Positions 13,585-21,736 of a stretch of 24,000 bases of DNA are shown piece by piece. The notes beneath the pieces are model-generated. The model ran no database searches, was not told where the DNA came from, and worked only from the letters and a program-made list of their open reading frames with translations. This DNA comes from Chitinivorax sp. PXF-14 (lineage in GTDB: Bacteria > Pseudomonadota > Gammaproteobacteria > Burkholderiales > SCOH01). Location: the NCBI RefSeq assembly GCF_040812015.1, contig NZ_JBFNXJ010000004.1:248443-272442 (forward strand), in the 5' to 3' direction. How positions within the stretch are numbered: position 1 is the first letter of the stretch; each line of letters starts with the position of its first letter. A program made the translations under genes and the position numbers.

Positions 13585-15168
13585 TCAGTGCAAATCCACG
13601 CTCTGCGAGTAGCGGTTGTGACGCATCAGCGCCAGCAGCGGCAGGGCGCAGGCCAGGATGACGCCGAACCACAGGAACAGCTTGGCAAACGCCAGCATCG
13701 TTACCTGTTTCTCCACCTGCATATTCATCACCGCATAGGCCTTGATCTGCGCCATGGCATCGGGAATGCCGCGCCCGATCAGTATCTGCTTGAGCTGGGC
13801 CAGCCTGCCCATGGCCGCGGGATCGTTGCCGGCCAGGTGTTCGACCAGGTGCAGGCGCTCGCTCTGCTGCAAGTGGCCCAGGCTGGTGGCCGCCGTGGCG
13901 ATGCCCACCGAGCCGCCGAGCATGCGCGTCAGGTTGTAGAGGCCGCTTGCGCCGGGAATCTCGATCGCCTCGACATTGGACATGGCGAGGTTGTTCAGCG
14001 GCACGAACACCATCCCCAGCCCCAGCCCGCGTAATACCAGCGGCCAGAAGAAGTCGCCGGCACCGCTTTCGGTGGTGAAGTGGTTGTGCTGCCACATCGA
14101 GTAACAGAACAGCACCGTGCCCAGCACGATGAGCACCTTCGGCGATACGCCGCGCGCCACCAGCTTGCTGGTGGTGGCCAGCGCGATGGCCGTGGCGATG
14201 GCCGAGGGCAGGATGAACATGCCGGTCTGGAATGCGTTGAATCCCATCAGGGACTGCGCGTAAACCGGGAACATGAAGATCGTGCAGTACAGCGCGGCCC
14301 CGGTCAGGAACGCATACAGCAGGCCGGCGCTGAACTGGCCATCGCGCATGATGCGCAGGTTCACGATCGGGTGCTCGGTCTCCAGCTCGTGGATCACGAA
14401 GGTGTAAAGCGACACGAAGCTGACGATCACCAGCGTGATGATTTCGCCGGACTGGAACCAGTCTTGCTTCTCGCCGCGCTCGAGCATGGTCTGCAGCGTG
14501 CCGATGCCGACCGCGAGCAGGATCAGCCCGATATAGTCGATGCGCTCGGCCTTTTGCTGCAGGCCCGAGTCCGGCACGTAGATCAGCGTCAAGAGCAGCG
14601 CGACGATGCCGAATGGCAGGTTGATGTAGAAGATCCACGGCCAGGAATAGGCATCGGTGAGCCAGCCGCCGATCGTCGGGCCGAGCGCCGGGCCCGCCAT
14701 GATGCCCATGCCGAAGATGGCCATCGCCGTGCCCATCTCCTTCTGCGGGAAGACCTCGAAGATGGTCGCCTGCGCGGTGGCCAGCAGGCCGCCGCCGCCG
14801 ATGCCCTGAATGATGCGCCACATCACCAGCGACTCGAGCGTGGTGGCGGCGCCGCAGGCCATCGATGCGATCGTGAACAGGAGGATGGACAGCGCGAAGT
14901 AGTTGCGCCGCCCGAACTGGCTCGACAGCCAGCCCGAGATCGGCAGCACGATCACGTTGGCGACGACATAACCGGTCGACACCCAGGCGATCTCGTCGAG
15001 CGTCGCGCCGAGCGTGCCCATCATGTGGGGCACGGCGACGTTGACGATGCTGGTGTCGAGCAGTTCGAGCACCGAGGCAAGCGTCACCGTCATCGCGATG
15101 ATGAAGCGGTTGGCGTGGATGGCCGCGGGCGAGGTCGAGCGCGACAGCCCTGGCAGCATGGGGCGCAT
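13585..15168 (-). CDS. emrB: DHA2-family (EmrB/QacA) MFS multidrug efflux permease, 14-TM type
   Basis: 527 aa. The N-terminus is ...IIAMTVTLASVLELLDTSIVNVAVPHMMGTLGA...WVSTGYVVANVIVLPISGWLSSQFGRRN, typical of EmrB. It follows the adaptor gene with a 9-bp gap. Confidence 0.85.
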   Translation of the reverse strand: MRPMLPGLSRSTSPAAIHANRFIIAMTVTLASVLELLDTSIVNVAVPHMMGTLGATLDEIAWVSTGYVVANVIVLPISGWLSSQFGRRNYFALSILLFTIASMACGAATTLESLVMWRIIQGIGGGGLLATAQATIFEVFPQKEMGTAMAIFGMGIMAGPALGPTIGGWLTDAYSWPWIFYINLPFGIVALLLTLIYVPDSGLQQKAERIDYIGLILLAVGIGTLQTMLERGEKQDWFQSGEIITLVIVSFVSLYTFVIHELETEHPIVNLRIMRDGQFSAGLLYAFLTGAALYCTIFMFPVYAQSLMGFNAFQTGMFILPSAIATAIALATTSKLVARGVSPKVLIVLGTVLFCYSMWQHNHFTTESGAGDFFWPLVLRGLGLGMVFVPLNNLAMSNVEAIEIPGASGLYNLTRMLGGSVGIATAATSLGHLQQSERLHLVEHLAGNDPAAMGRLAQLKQILIGRGIPDAMAQIKAYAVMNMQVEKQVTMLAFAKLFLWFGVILACALPLLALMRHNRYSQSVDLH

Positions 15169-15177
15169 GGGGCTTCC

Positions 15178-16257
15178 TTAGCTGGCTTTGATGGTGGCGA
15201 ACACGCTCATGCCCGGGCGCAGCGGATGTTGCGCATCGTCACGCTTGGCCAAGCGGATTTTCACCGGGATGCGCTGCACGACCTTGGTGAAATTGCCCGT
15301 GGCGTTGTCCGGTGGCAGCAGCGTGAACTTGGCGCCGGTGGCGGCGCTGATCGATTCCACCTTGCCGTTGAAGGTCACGCCGGGGTAGGCATCGACTTCG
15401 ATTTCCGCCTCGGCGCCATTCCTGACCTTGCCGACATCGGTTTCCTTGACGTTGGCGACCACCCAGATGTCGTCGTCGGCAACGAGGCTCATCAGTGTCT
15501 GGCCCGGCTGCACCAGTTGGCCGACTTCGACGTTTTTCTTGCTGACGAGGCCGTTGCTCGGTGCCCTGAGGCCGGTATCGGCGAGCTGGATCGCCGCGAG
15601 GTCGCGCACCGCGCGTGCCGCGTCGACCTTGGAGCGTGCCGAGCGCAAGGCGGCCGAGTACACGGTCACCTGTTCGCCGGCCGCGCTGGCCGAGTCACGC
15701 GAGGTCTTGAGTTGCGCTTCGGCCGTTCGCACGGTGGTTTCCGCCGCGTCGAGCTGTTGCTGCGACGCCATCGCCTGGGCCGCGAGCGACTTGATGCGCT
15801 CGAGATCGTTCCTGGCCTTCTGCAGATTGGCTTCCGCCTGCTTGATGGTGGCGCTGGCCGCCGAGGCGTTGGCCTGGGCCCAGTTGATTTGCGCCACGGC
15901 CTGGCCGACATCGTTGCCCTGCTTGTTGCCGGTATTCGAGAGCGCAATGGCGAGCTCGGCCTCGGCCTGCAGCAGCTTGGCCTTGTAGTCGCGATCGTCG
16001 ATCTTGACCAGCTCGGAATCCGTCCTGACCAGCTCATTGTCCGAGACATTGACGGCGCGCACATAGCCCGCCACGCGCGCGGCGATCGGCACGATGCGGC
16101 CTTCGACCTGCGCGTTGTCGGTGCTCACATAGTGATGGCCGTACCACCAGCGGTAGCCGAGGCCGCCGGCAATGCCGATCGCCATGATCATCAGGACCAG
16201 GCGGGCCTTGCCCTGTTTTGCCGGTGCAGCGTTGCCGGCCGGGGTTTCTGTCGTCAT
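15178..16257 (-). CDS. emrA: HlyD-family efflux periplasmic adaptor (EmrA-like)
   Basis: It has an N-terminal TM anchor (RLVLMIMAIGIAGGLGYRWWY), a long Ala/Gln-rich coiled-coil hairpin, and a beta-barrel C-terminus (RPGMSVFATIKAS). The gene sits between the TetR and EmrB genes. Confidence 0.85.
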   Translation of the reverse strand: MTTETPAGNAAPAKQGKARLVLMIMAIGIAGGLGYRWWYGHHYVSTDNAQVEGRIVPIAARVAGYVRAVNVSDNELVRTDSELVKIDDRDYKAKLLQAEAELAIALSNTGNKQGNDVGQAVAQINWAQANASAASATIKQAEANLQKARNDLERIKSLAAQAMASQQQLDAAETTVRTAEAQLKTSRDSASAAGEQVTVYSAALRSARSKVDAARAVRDLAAIQLADTGLRAPSNGLVSKKNVEVGQLVQPGQTLMSLVADDDIWVVANVKETDVGKVRNGAEAEIEVDAYPGVTFNGKVESISAATGAKFTLLPPDNATGNFTKVVQRIPVKIRLAKRDDAQHPLRPGMSVFATIKAS

Positions 16258-16910
16258 GCTTGGTTCTCCGTGTTATCAGGTGCGGCCTGAATGCCTTTCA
16301 GCACGACACTCAGGTGAAAGCGGGTGAATTCGCCCAGGTCCATGGCCTCCTGGCCATAGGGGCTGAAGGTGTGGTGCCAGATGGTCTGCAGGATCACCGG
16401 CGAAATGATTTCCTTGATGGCGAAGCCGAGATGCATCGGGCGGAACTCGCCGGCCTGGATGCCGCGCTCGAGCACTTCGCCGAATACCTTGCGCACCCGC
16501 GTCATCACTTCATTCAGATAGAAGTTGGCCAGGTCGGGGAAATTGCCCGCCTCGGCGACCACGAGCTTGGAGATGCCGTTGGCGGGTGACTCGACGATCA
16601 GCTCGACCCATTTGTTCATCAGATGGGTCAGCATCTCGGTGGCCGACAGCTTGGAATCGGCGACGAACTCTTCCGCCATCTGGATCGACGGTATCAGCGT
16701 CTCGCGAATGGCTGCCTTGAACAGCTCTTCCTTGCTCGAGAAATACAGGTAAAGCGTGCCCTTGGTGACGCCGGCCGCGCGGGCGACCTCGTCGAGTTTG
16801 GTGGCGGCGAAGCCCTTCTGGATGAACAGGGCCAGCGCGGCACTGGTGATTTCCGAGGGGCGCGCATCCTTACGGCGTTGCCAGCGTGGGCTGCTACATG
16901 GAGTGTTCAT
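16254..16910 (-). CDS. TetR/AcrR-family transcriptional repressor, first gene of the efflux operon
   Basis: N-terminal HTH: RPSEITSAALALFIQKGFAATKLDEVARAAGVTKGTLYLYFSSKEELF. Its stop overlaps the emrA start by 4 bp (ATGA). Confidence 0.85.
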   Translation of the reverse strand: MNTPCSSPRWQRRKDARPSEITSAALALFIQKGFAATKLDEVARAAGVTKGTLYLYFSSKEELFKAAIRETLIPSIQMAEEFVADSKLSATEMLTHLMNKWVELIVESPANGISKLVVAEAGNFPDLANFYLNEVMTRVRKVFGEVLERGIQAGEFRPMHLGFAIKEIISPVILQTIWHHTFSPYGQEAMDLGEFTRFHLSVVLKGIQAAPDNTENQA

Positions 16911-16919
16911 GATATTTAG

Positions 16920-16937
16920 TAACTGACTGGTTGGTTA
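16920..16937. promoter_or_regulatory. Candidate TetR operator (imperfect palindrome TAACnnACnnGTnnGTTA)
   Basis: TAACTGACTGGTTGGTTA is symmetric at 12 of 18 positions. It sits directly between the predicted -10 and the tetR start codon, the usual position for autorepression. Confidence 0.35.
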
Positions 16938-16966
16938 ATTATTTTTCAGGATAGTTATGCTGTCAA
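16938..16966 (-). promoter_or_regulatory. Candidate sigma70 promoter of tetR-emrAB (minus strand: TTGACA-17 nt-AATAAT)
   Basis: Read on the minus strand, TTGACA (plus-strand TGTCAA, 16961-16966) is followed by a 17-nt spacer and AATAAT (plus-strand ATTATT, 16938-16943). This lies 28 bp upstream of the tetR ATG. Confidence 0.45.
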
Positions 16967-17241
16967 CGAACTTTTCCAGTCTTTAGAGGACGTTATGCGT
17001 ATTGCTGGATGCCGTTACGGCGCAGCCTAGGCTTGGCGACGCGGCTGGGTTGCCGCCATGGGCATCTGGCGAGGAGGTGTGTGGGCGCATATATCCGCAA
17101 TTTGCCACCGAGGCGGCGGGTGGTGAGGCGGCGATGGAGGGGCCGGCTTGGCAGGCAGAACGCCTATCCAGACAGGGCCGCCGGTAATGGCGAGTGGCGC
17201 CGCCCCCGGCGCGGGCCGCCGAGTGTGACGGCCCACACTTA

Positions 17242-17973
17242 TTACTTGCTGCTGCGGCCTTGCAGTGTCTTGGTGAGCACGCCGCGCAGGATGTCGATTT
17301 CCTCGTTTTCGAGCCGCGCGCGCTTGTAGAGCCGGCGCAGCCGCGGCATCAGGCGCTTGGGGTTGGCCGGGTTGAGAAAGCCGATTTCGATCAGCGTGGC
17401 TTCGAGGTGTTGCAGCATGCCTTCGACCTGATCCTGCGTGGCCAGCGTGGGGGCCTCGTTCTGGTCATCGAACTCGCGCAGGCCCGCGGCCATGCGCAGC
17501 TCGTAGCACACCAGCTGCACCGCGGCGGCCAGGTTGAGCGAGCTGTAGACCGGGTTGGCCGGCACGTGCACGAGCAGATTGCACTGCATCACCTCGTCAT
17601 TGGAGAGGCCGAAGGTCTCGTTGCCGAAGACGAAGGCGATTTCATTGCTGCCCGCCAGGCCGACCATATGTTCCGCCGCTTCGCGCAGGTTTTCCGATGG
17701 CAAGGTCAGGTCGCGGCGGCGTGCCGACAGCGCGGCAACAAAGCCGACGCCGCTCAGCGCCTCACCGAGCGAGGTGCACGCGGTGGCGTTGCGCAGCACG
17801 TCGACGGCTCCGCTGGCCAGCGCGTCGGCATGGTCGCTGGGAAAGGCCTGCGGGCTGACGAGATAGAGCCGCGACAGGCCCATGACCTTCATCGCCCGGG
17901 CGGCCGAGCCGATGTTGCCCGGATGGCTCGGGCGCGAGAGAACGATGCGGATGCGGTCGAGTACGTTGTCCAT
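17242..17973 (-). CDS. trmJ: tRNA (cytidine/uridine-2'-O)-methyltransferase TrmJ (SpoU family)
   Basis: SpoU motifs are present: RIVLSRPSHPGNIGSAARAMKVMG, FVFGNETFGLS and VHVPANPVYSSLNLAAAVQLVCYEL. There is also a TrmJ-type C-terminal extension. The gene is divergent from suhB, as it is in E. coli. Confidence 0.8.
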   Translation of the reverse strand: MDNVLDRIRIVLSRPSHPGNIGSAARAMKVMGLSRLYLVSPQAFPSDHADALASGAVDVLRNATACTSLGEALSGVGFVAALSARRRDLTLPSENLREAAEHMVGLAGSNEIAFVFGNETFGLSNDEVMQCNLLVHVPANPVYSSLNLAAAVQLVCYELRMAAGLREFDDQNEAPTLATQDQVEGMLQHLEATLIEIGFLNPANPKRLMPRLRRLYKRARLENEEIDILRGVLTKTLQGRSSK

Positions 17974-18212
17974 GATGGGCTCGAAAAAGCAAAGCCGGCC
18001 ATTCTAGCGCAAACCCGAGTTTATTTATCCTCGAGAAAACAATACAATACGCGCCCATTGTCGCAGGCATCGGCTATTCTGAGGGCTGAGCCTGCTCGTT
18101 CCTTTTCATCGTGAGTGATGTCTGAGCCCGTCGGGCGGACGATACAGCGGCCCTGCCGGGTGCGTAGTCGTTCGTTTTGCGTGGCAGTCATCCTTCGCAC
18201 TGGAGTCACTAC

Positions 18213-19010
18213 ATGCACCCGATGCTGAATATTGCGGTCAAGGCCGCCCGCCGTGCCGGATCGATCATCAACCGCGCTTCCAACAACCTCGACGTGCTGC
18301 GTGTGGAGCGCAAGGGCCAGAGCGATTTCGTCTCCGAAGTCGACCGTGCGGCCGAGCAGGCGATCGTCGAAGTGCTGCTCGAAGCCTATCCGAACCACGC
18401 CATCCTGGCGGAAGAGGGCGGCGCGACAGGTGACTCCGAATTCCAGTGGATCATCGATCCGCTCGATGGCACGACCAATTTCCTGCACGGTTTCCCGCAA
18501 TATGCGATCTCGATCGCGCTGCAGCACAACGGCGTGCTGACCCAGGGCGTGATCTTCGACCCGGTACACAACGACCTGTTCACCGCCACGCGTGGCTCCG
18601 GCGCCTTCCTGAACGACCGCCGCATCCGCGTCGGCAAGCGCATCCAGCTGTCGGACGCGCTGATCGGCACCGGCTTCCCGTATTCCGACTTTACCCACCT
18701 CGACAGCTACCTCGCGATGTTCAAGGACCTGCTGCAGAAGACCGCCGGCCTGCGCCGCCCCGGTGCCGCCGCGCTGGACCTGGCCTATGTTGCCTGCGGG
18801 CGTTTCGATGGCTTCTGGGAGCTCGGGCTGAAGCCCTGGGATGTCGCCGCCGGCGCCTTGCTGGTGCAGGAGGCGGGTGGCCTGGTGAGCGATCTCGGCG
18901 GTAACGAGGGTTACCTCGAAAGCGGCAACCTGATCGCCGGCTCGCCCAAGATCTTCGGCCAGTTGCTGCAAGCCTTGCAGCCCCACCTGAACGACGCGCT
19001 CACGCGCTGA
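18213..19010 (+). CDS. suhB: Inositol monophosphatase family protein SuhB
   Basis: The N-terminus [16 protein letters not shown] is nearly the same as the E. coli SuhB N-terminus as I remember it. IMPase motifs are present ([25 protein letters not shown]). GGAG lies 7 nt upstream of ATG 18213. Confidence 0.9.
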   Translation: MHPMLNIAVKAARRAGSIINRASNNLDVLRVERKGQSDFVSEVDRAAEQAIVEVLLEAYPNHAILAEEGGATGDSEFQWIIDPLDGTTNFLHGFPQYAISIALQHNGVLTQGVIFDPVHNDLFTATRGSGAFLNDRRIRVGKRIQLSDALIGTGFPYSDFTHLDSYLAMFKDLLQKTAGLRRPGAAALDLAYVACGRFDGFWELGLKPWDVAAGALLVQEAGGLVSDLGGNEGYLESGNLIAGSPKIFGQLLQALQPHLNDALTR

Positions 19011-19019
19011 TCCCCCTTG

Positions 19020-19052
19020 CAGCCCGACCCGGTCATATGGACGGGCGGGCTG
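19020..19052 (+). terminator. Probable terminator hairpin after suhB
   Basis: CAGCCCGACCCGGTC-atatg-GACGGGCGGGCTG is a GC-rich stem with two bulges, followed by a pyrimidine-rich TTCTCCTTGTTG. Confidence 0.4.
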
Positions 19053-19365
19053 TTCTCCTTGTTGCTGGTGTCGGCCCGATGCTTGATATGAGTCAAGAAT
19101 GATTGGGCGACTCGGTCTATGATTAAAAAATGTCCCGTCATCGACGTGATCTGCTGATCGCCACGTGATCCGATGCCCGCCCGCCCGCCAGGCACTCGAT
19201 CCGATTCACAATAACACCCGCCGCAGCGGCGGCACCTGATTGCTCCCCGCGCCTGGTCTCGGGCGTTGCCTATTGGGACTGGTTTCTAGCCTTCTCGCGA
19301 CATGTGCAAGGCATGCCCCTGCCTTGGCGTGTCGATCGGTCACTTGAGTTCTGGAGGTGTTATCC

Positions 19366-19881
19366 ATGTCCTACGATCAGCAATTCCCGCTTGCGCTGTA
19401 CAAGGCCAATCTCGGCTTGGCGGCGGATCTCTGCAATGTGATGCTCGAAAGCCTGCAGCGCTTTGGCTCGGTCGAGCTCGAAGCGCTTGCCGATGTCGAT
19501 GTCGCCTCGCTGGCCAATGCGAGTTCCGCCATGCTGCAGCGCGACCCGAGCGGTTTCCTCAAGCAGCAGGGCGAGGTGTTACAGACCCTGATGGGCCAGT
19601 GGAACGATCTAGCCCGTGTCTCCAATCATAATAACGCCGTCGTCGCGCAGGACTTGCAGCGAGCCGTCACCAACTGGCAGTCGGCCGTGCTGCAGGCGCT
19701 GGGCCAGCCCAAGGGGGCGGCAAACCTGGGCAACCCGCTGGCCGATGCCTTCAATGCCATGGCCAATGCGTCGGGCGAAATGTACCAGGCTTTCGTGAAA
19801 TCCACCCAGGATCTCGCTGGTGCGGCCGACGCCGGTATCAAGGCTGCAGCCAAGCCCGCCGCGCGCAGCAAGGCTGCCTGA
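19366..19881 (+). CDS. Phasin-like PHA granule-associated protein (putative)
   Basis: GGAGG lies upstream of ATG 19366. The 171-aa protein is Ala/Gln/Leu-rich, predicted all-helical, with a Lys/Ala-rich tail (AAKPAARSKAA). It sits immediately upstream of phaC. The assignment rests on composition and context, not on a recognised motif. Confidence 0.5.
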   Translation: MSYDQQFPLALYKANLGLAADLCNVMLESLQRFGSVELEALADVDVASLANASSAMLQRDPSGFLKQQGEVLQTLMGQWNDLARVSNHNNAVVAQDLQRAVTNWQSAVLQALGQPKGAANLGNPLADAFNAMANASGEMYQAFVKSTQDLAGAADAGIKAAAKPAARSKAA

Positions 19882-19903
19882 GCTTGCTCCGCCATCCTCG
19901 ATG

Positions 19904-19936
19904 AACTTGGCCGCCTTTTCCGGGCGGCCAAGTTTT
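19904..19936 (+). terminator. Rho-independent terminator after the phasin-like gene
   Basis: AACTTGGCCGCC-ttttccg-GGCGGCCAAGTT forms a 12-bp perfect stem running into TTTT. Confidence 0.6.
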
Positions 19937-19987
19937 GTGTGAACCCCGCCATGGCCCTGGCGGCGCAACCCGGAGTGCAGACCCGCG

Positions 19988-21712
19988 ATGGACACCGCAA
20001 AACAGACCGAAGACAGCCTGCTCGATTTCGATCGCCTGCTGCATGTGTGGATCAGCCGCTACACCAGCGGCATCTCGCCGGCCGCGCTGGCCCAGGCCTT
20101 TTTCGACTGGGCGATTCATCTTGGCCTGTCGCCGGCGAAGCAGCATCAACTGGTCGACAAGGCGGTGTTCCAGTGGATGCGCCTGCTCGACTATTGCGCA
20201 CATGCCCCGGCCGCCAGCGGCCAGCGCGCGATCGAGCCGCTGGTGCAGGATAACCGCTTCGAGAGCGGCGAATGGCAGGCCTGGCCTTACAACGCGGTCT
20301 ACCAGTCGTTTCTGCTCGGCCAGCAGTGGTGGCATTATGCGACCACCGATGTGCGCGGCGTGACGGATCATCACGAGCAGGTGGTGAATTTCACCATGCG
20401 CCAGCTGCTCGACATCTTTTCGCCATCGAATTTCTTTGCCAGCAACCCGGAAGTGATCCAGGCCACCGGCCGCGAGCATGGGCAGAACCTGCTGCGCGGC
20501 TGGCAGAACTGGCTCGACGACGTGCAGCGCCACCAGCACCGTGGCAAGCCTGCCGGTGCCGACCTGTTTCGCGTCGGGCACGAGGTGGCCGTCACGCCGG
20601 GCAAGGTGGTGTTCCGCAACCGGCTGATCGAGCTGATCCAGTATGCGCCGAGCACCGACACGGTGGCCGCCGAGCCCATTCTCATCGTGCCGTCGTGGAT
20701 CATGAAGTACTACATCCTCGATCTGTCGCCGCACAACTCGCTCGTACGCTTTCTCGTCGAACAGGGCCATACCGTGTTCATGCTGTCGTGGAAGAACCCC
20801 GACGCCGGCGACCGCAACCTGATGATGGACGACTACCTCAAGCTCGGTGTGCTCGCCGCGCTCGACCATGTCAGCAGCGCCTTGCCGGGGCAGCGCATCA
20901 ATGCTGCGGGCTACTGCCTCGGCGGCACGCTGCTCGCGATTGCCGCCGCCTGGCTGGCGGGCCGCGACGATCAGCGCCTCAACACGGTGACGCTGTTCGC
21001 GGCGCAGGTCGATTTCGACGAGCCGGGCGAGCTGTCGCTGTTCATCGAGGAGAGCCAGCTCGCCTTCCTCGAGGATGTCATGTGGGACAAGGGCTATCTG
21101 CGTGGCGGGCTGATGCACGGCGCGTTCGAGCTGCTCAACTCGCGCGACCTGTTCTGGTCGCGGCTGACGCGCGACTATCTGCTCGGCACGCGGCTGCCGC
21201 TCAACGACCTGATGGCCTGGAATGCCGACGCCACGCGCATGCCCTATCGCATGCACACCGAATACCTGCGCCGGCTGTACGGCAACAACGAGCTGGCCAC
21301 CGGGCAATATCACATCGATGGGAAAACTGTGGCGCTCACCGACATCCGCGCGCCGATCTGCGCCGTCGGCACGACCAAGGACCACGTGTCGCCATGGAAA
21401 TCGGTCTACAAGATACGCATGCTGTCCGATGCCGATGTCACCTTCGTGCTGGTCAACGGTGGCCACAACGCCGGCATTGTCAGCGAACCGGGCCACGCGC
21501 ACCGCGTGCACCAGGTGCGCACGCAGCTCGCGCAGGATAAATACCTGTCGCCCGACGAGTGGCAGCGCTCCACCCCGGTGCAGGAGGGATCGTGGTGGCC
21601 GACCTGGGATGGCTGGCTCAGGCAACACAACGGCGCGGGCACCGTGCCGGCGCGGCAGCCCGACGAGACCGGGCTTGGCGACGCGCCGGGCAGCTACGTG
21701 CTGCTGGCCTGA
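19988..21712 (+). CDS. phaC: Class I poly(3-hydroxyalkanoate) synthase PhaC
   Basis: 574 aa. Lipase-box-like G-x-C-x-G (INAAGYCLGGTLLA) and an alpha/beta hydrolase core are present, with conserved downstream Asp/His regions (...TTKDHVSPW..., ...VNGGHNAGIV...). The N-terminal region is typical of class I synthases. Confidence 0.9.
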   Translation: MDTAKQTEDSLLDFDRLLHVWISRYTSGISPAALAQAFFDWAIHLGLSPAKQHQLVDKAVFQWMRLLDYCAHAPAASGQRAIEPLVQDNRFESGEWQAWPYNAVYQSFLLGQQWWHYATTDVRGVTDHHEQVVNFTMRQLLDIFSPSNFFASNPEVIQATGREHGQNLLRGWQNWLDDVQRHQHRGKPAGADLFRVGHEVAVTPGKVVFRNRLIELIQYAPSTDTVAAEPILIVPSWIMKYYILDLSPHNSLVRFLVEQGHTVFMLSWKNPDAGDRNLMMDDYLKLGVLAALDHVSSALPGQRINAAGYCLGGTLLAIAAAWLAGRDDQRLNTVTLFAAQVDFDEPGELSLFIEESQLAFLEDVMWDKGYLRGGLMHGAFELLNSRDLFWSRLTRDYLLGTRLPLNDLMAWNADATRMPYRMHTEYLRRLYGNNELATGQYHIDGKTVALTDIRAPICAVGTTKDHVSPWKSVYKIRMLSDADVTFVLVNGGHNAGIVSEPGHAHRVHQVRTQLAQDKYLSPDEWQRSTPVQEGSWWPTWDGWLRQHNGAGTVPARQPDETGLGDAPGSYVLLA

Positions 21713-21736
21713 GCCGGGGATGGCCGAGCCTGGCGG

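Noticed and set aside
12518-16290. Very long ORFs 12518-14821 (minus, 767 aa) and 14080-16290 (plus, 736 aa)
   Set aside because: They lie out of frame with or antisense to the FadL-like, emrB and emrA genes, all of which have clear family signatures. Their translations are R/G/H/D/A-rich with no domains. They are GC-bias artefacts.
16967-17241. GC-rich ~275-bp non-coding stretch between the tetR promoter and the trmJ stop, including ORFs 17002-17187, 17009-17329 and 17027-17236
   Set aside because: The translations are Pro/Arg/Gly-rich without an RBS or motifs. Only short weak hairpins are present (GTGTG-n6-CACAC at ~17224-17239; GCGCCG-gggg-CGGCGC on the minus strand) and there are no U tracts. 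I could not support a gene, an sRNA or a repeat element.
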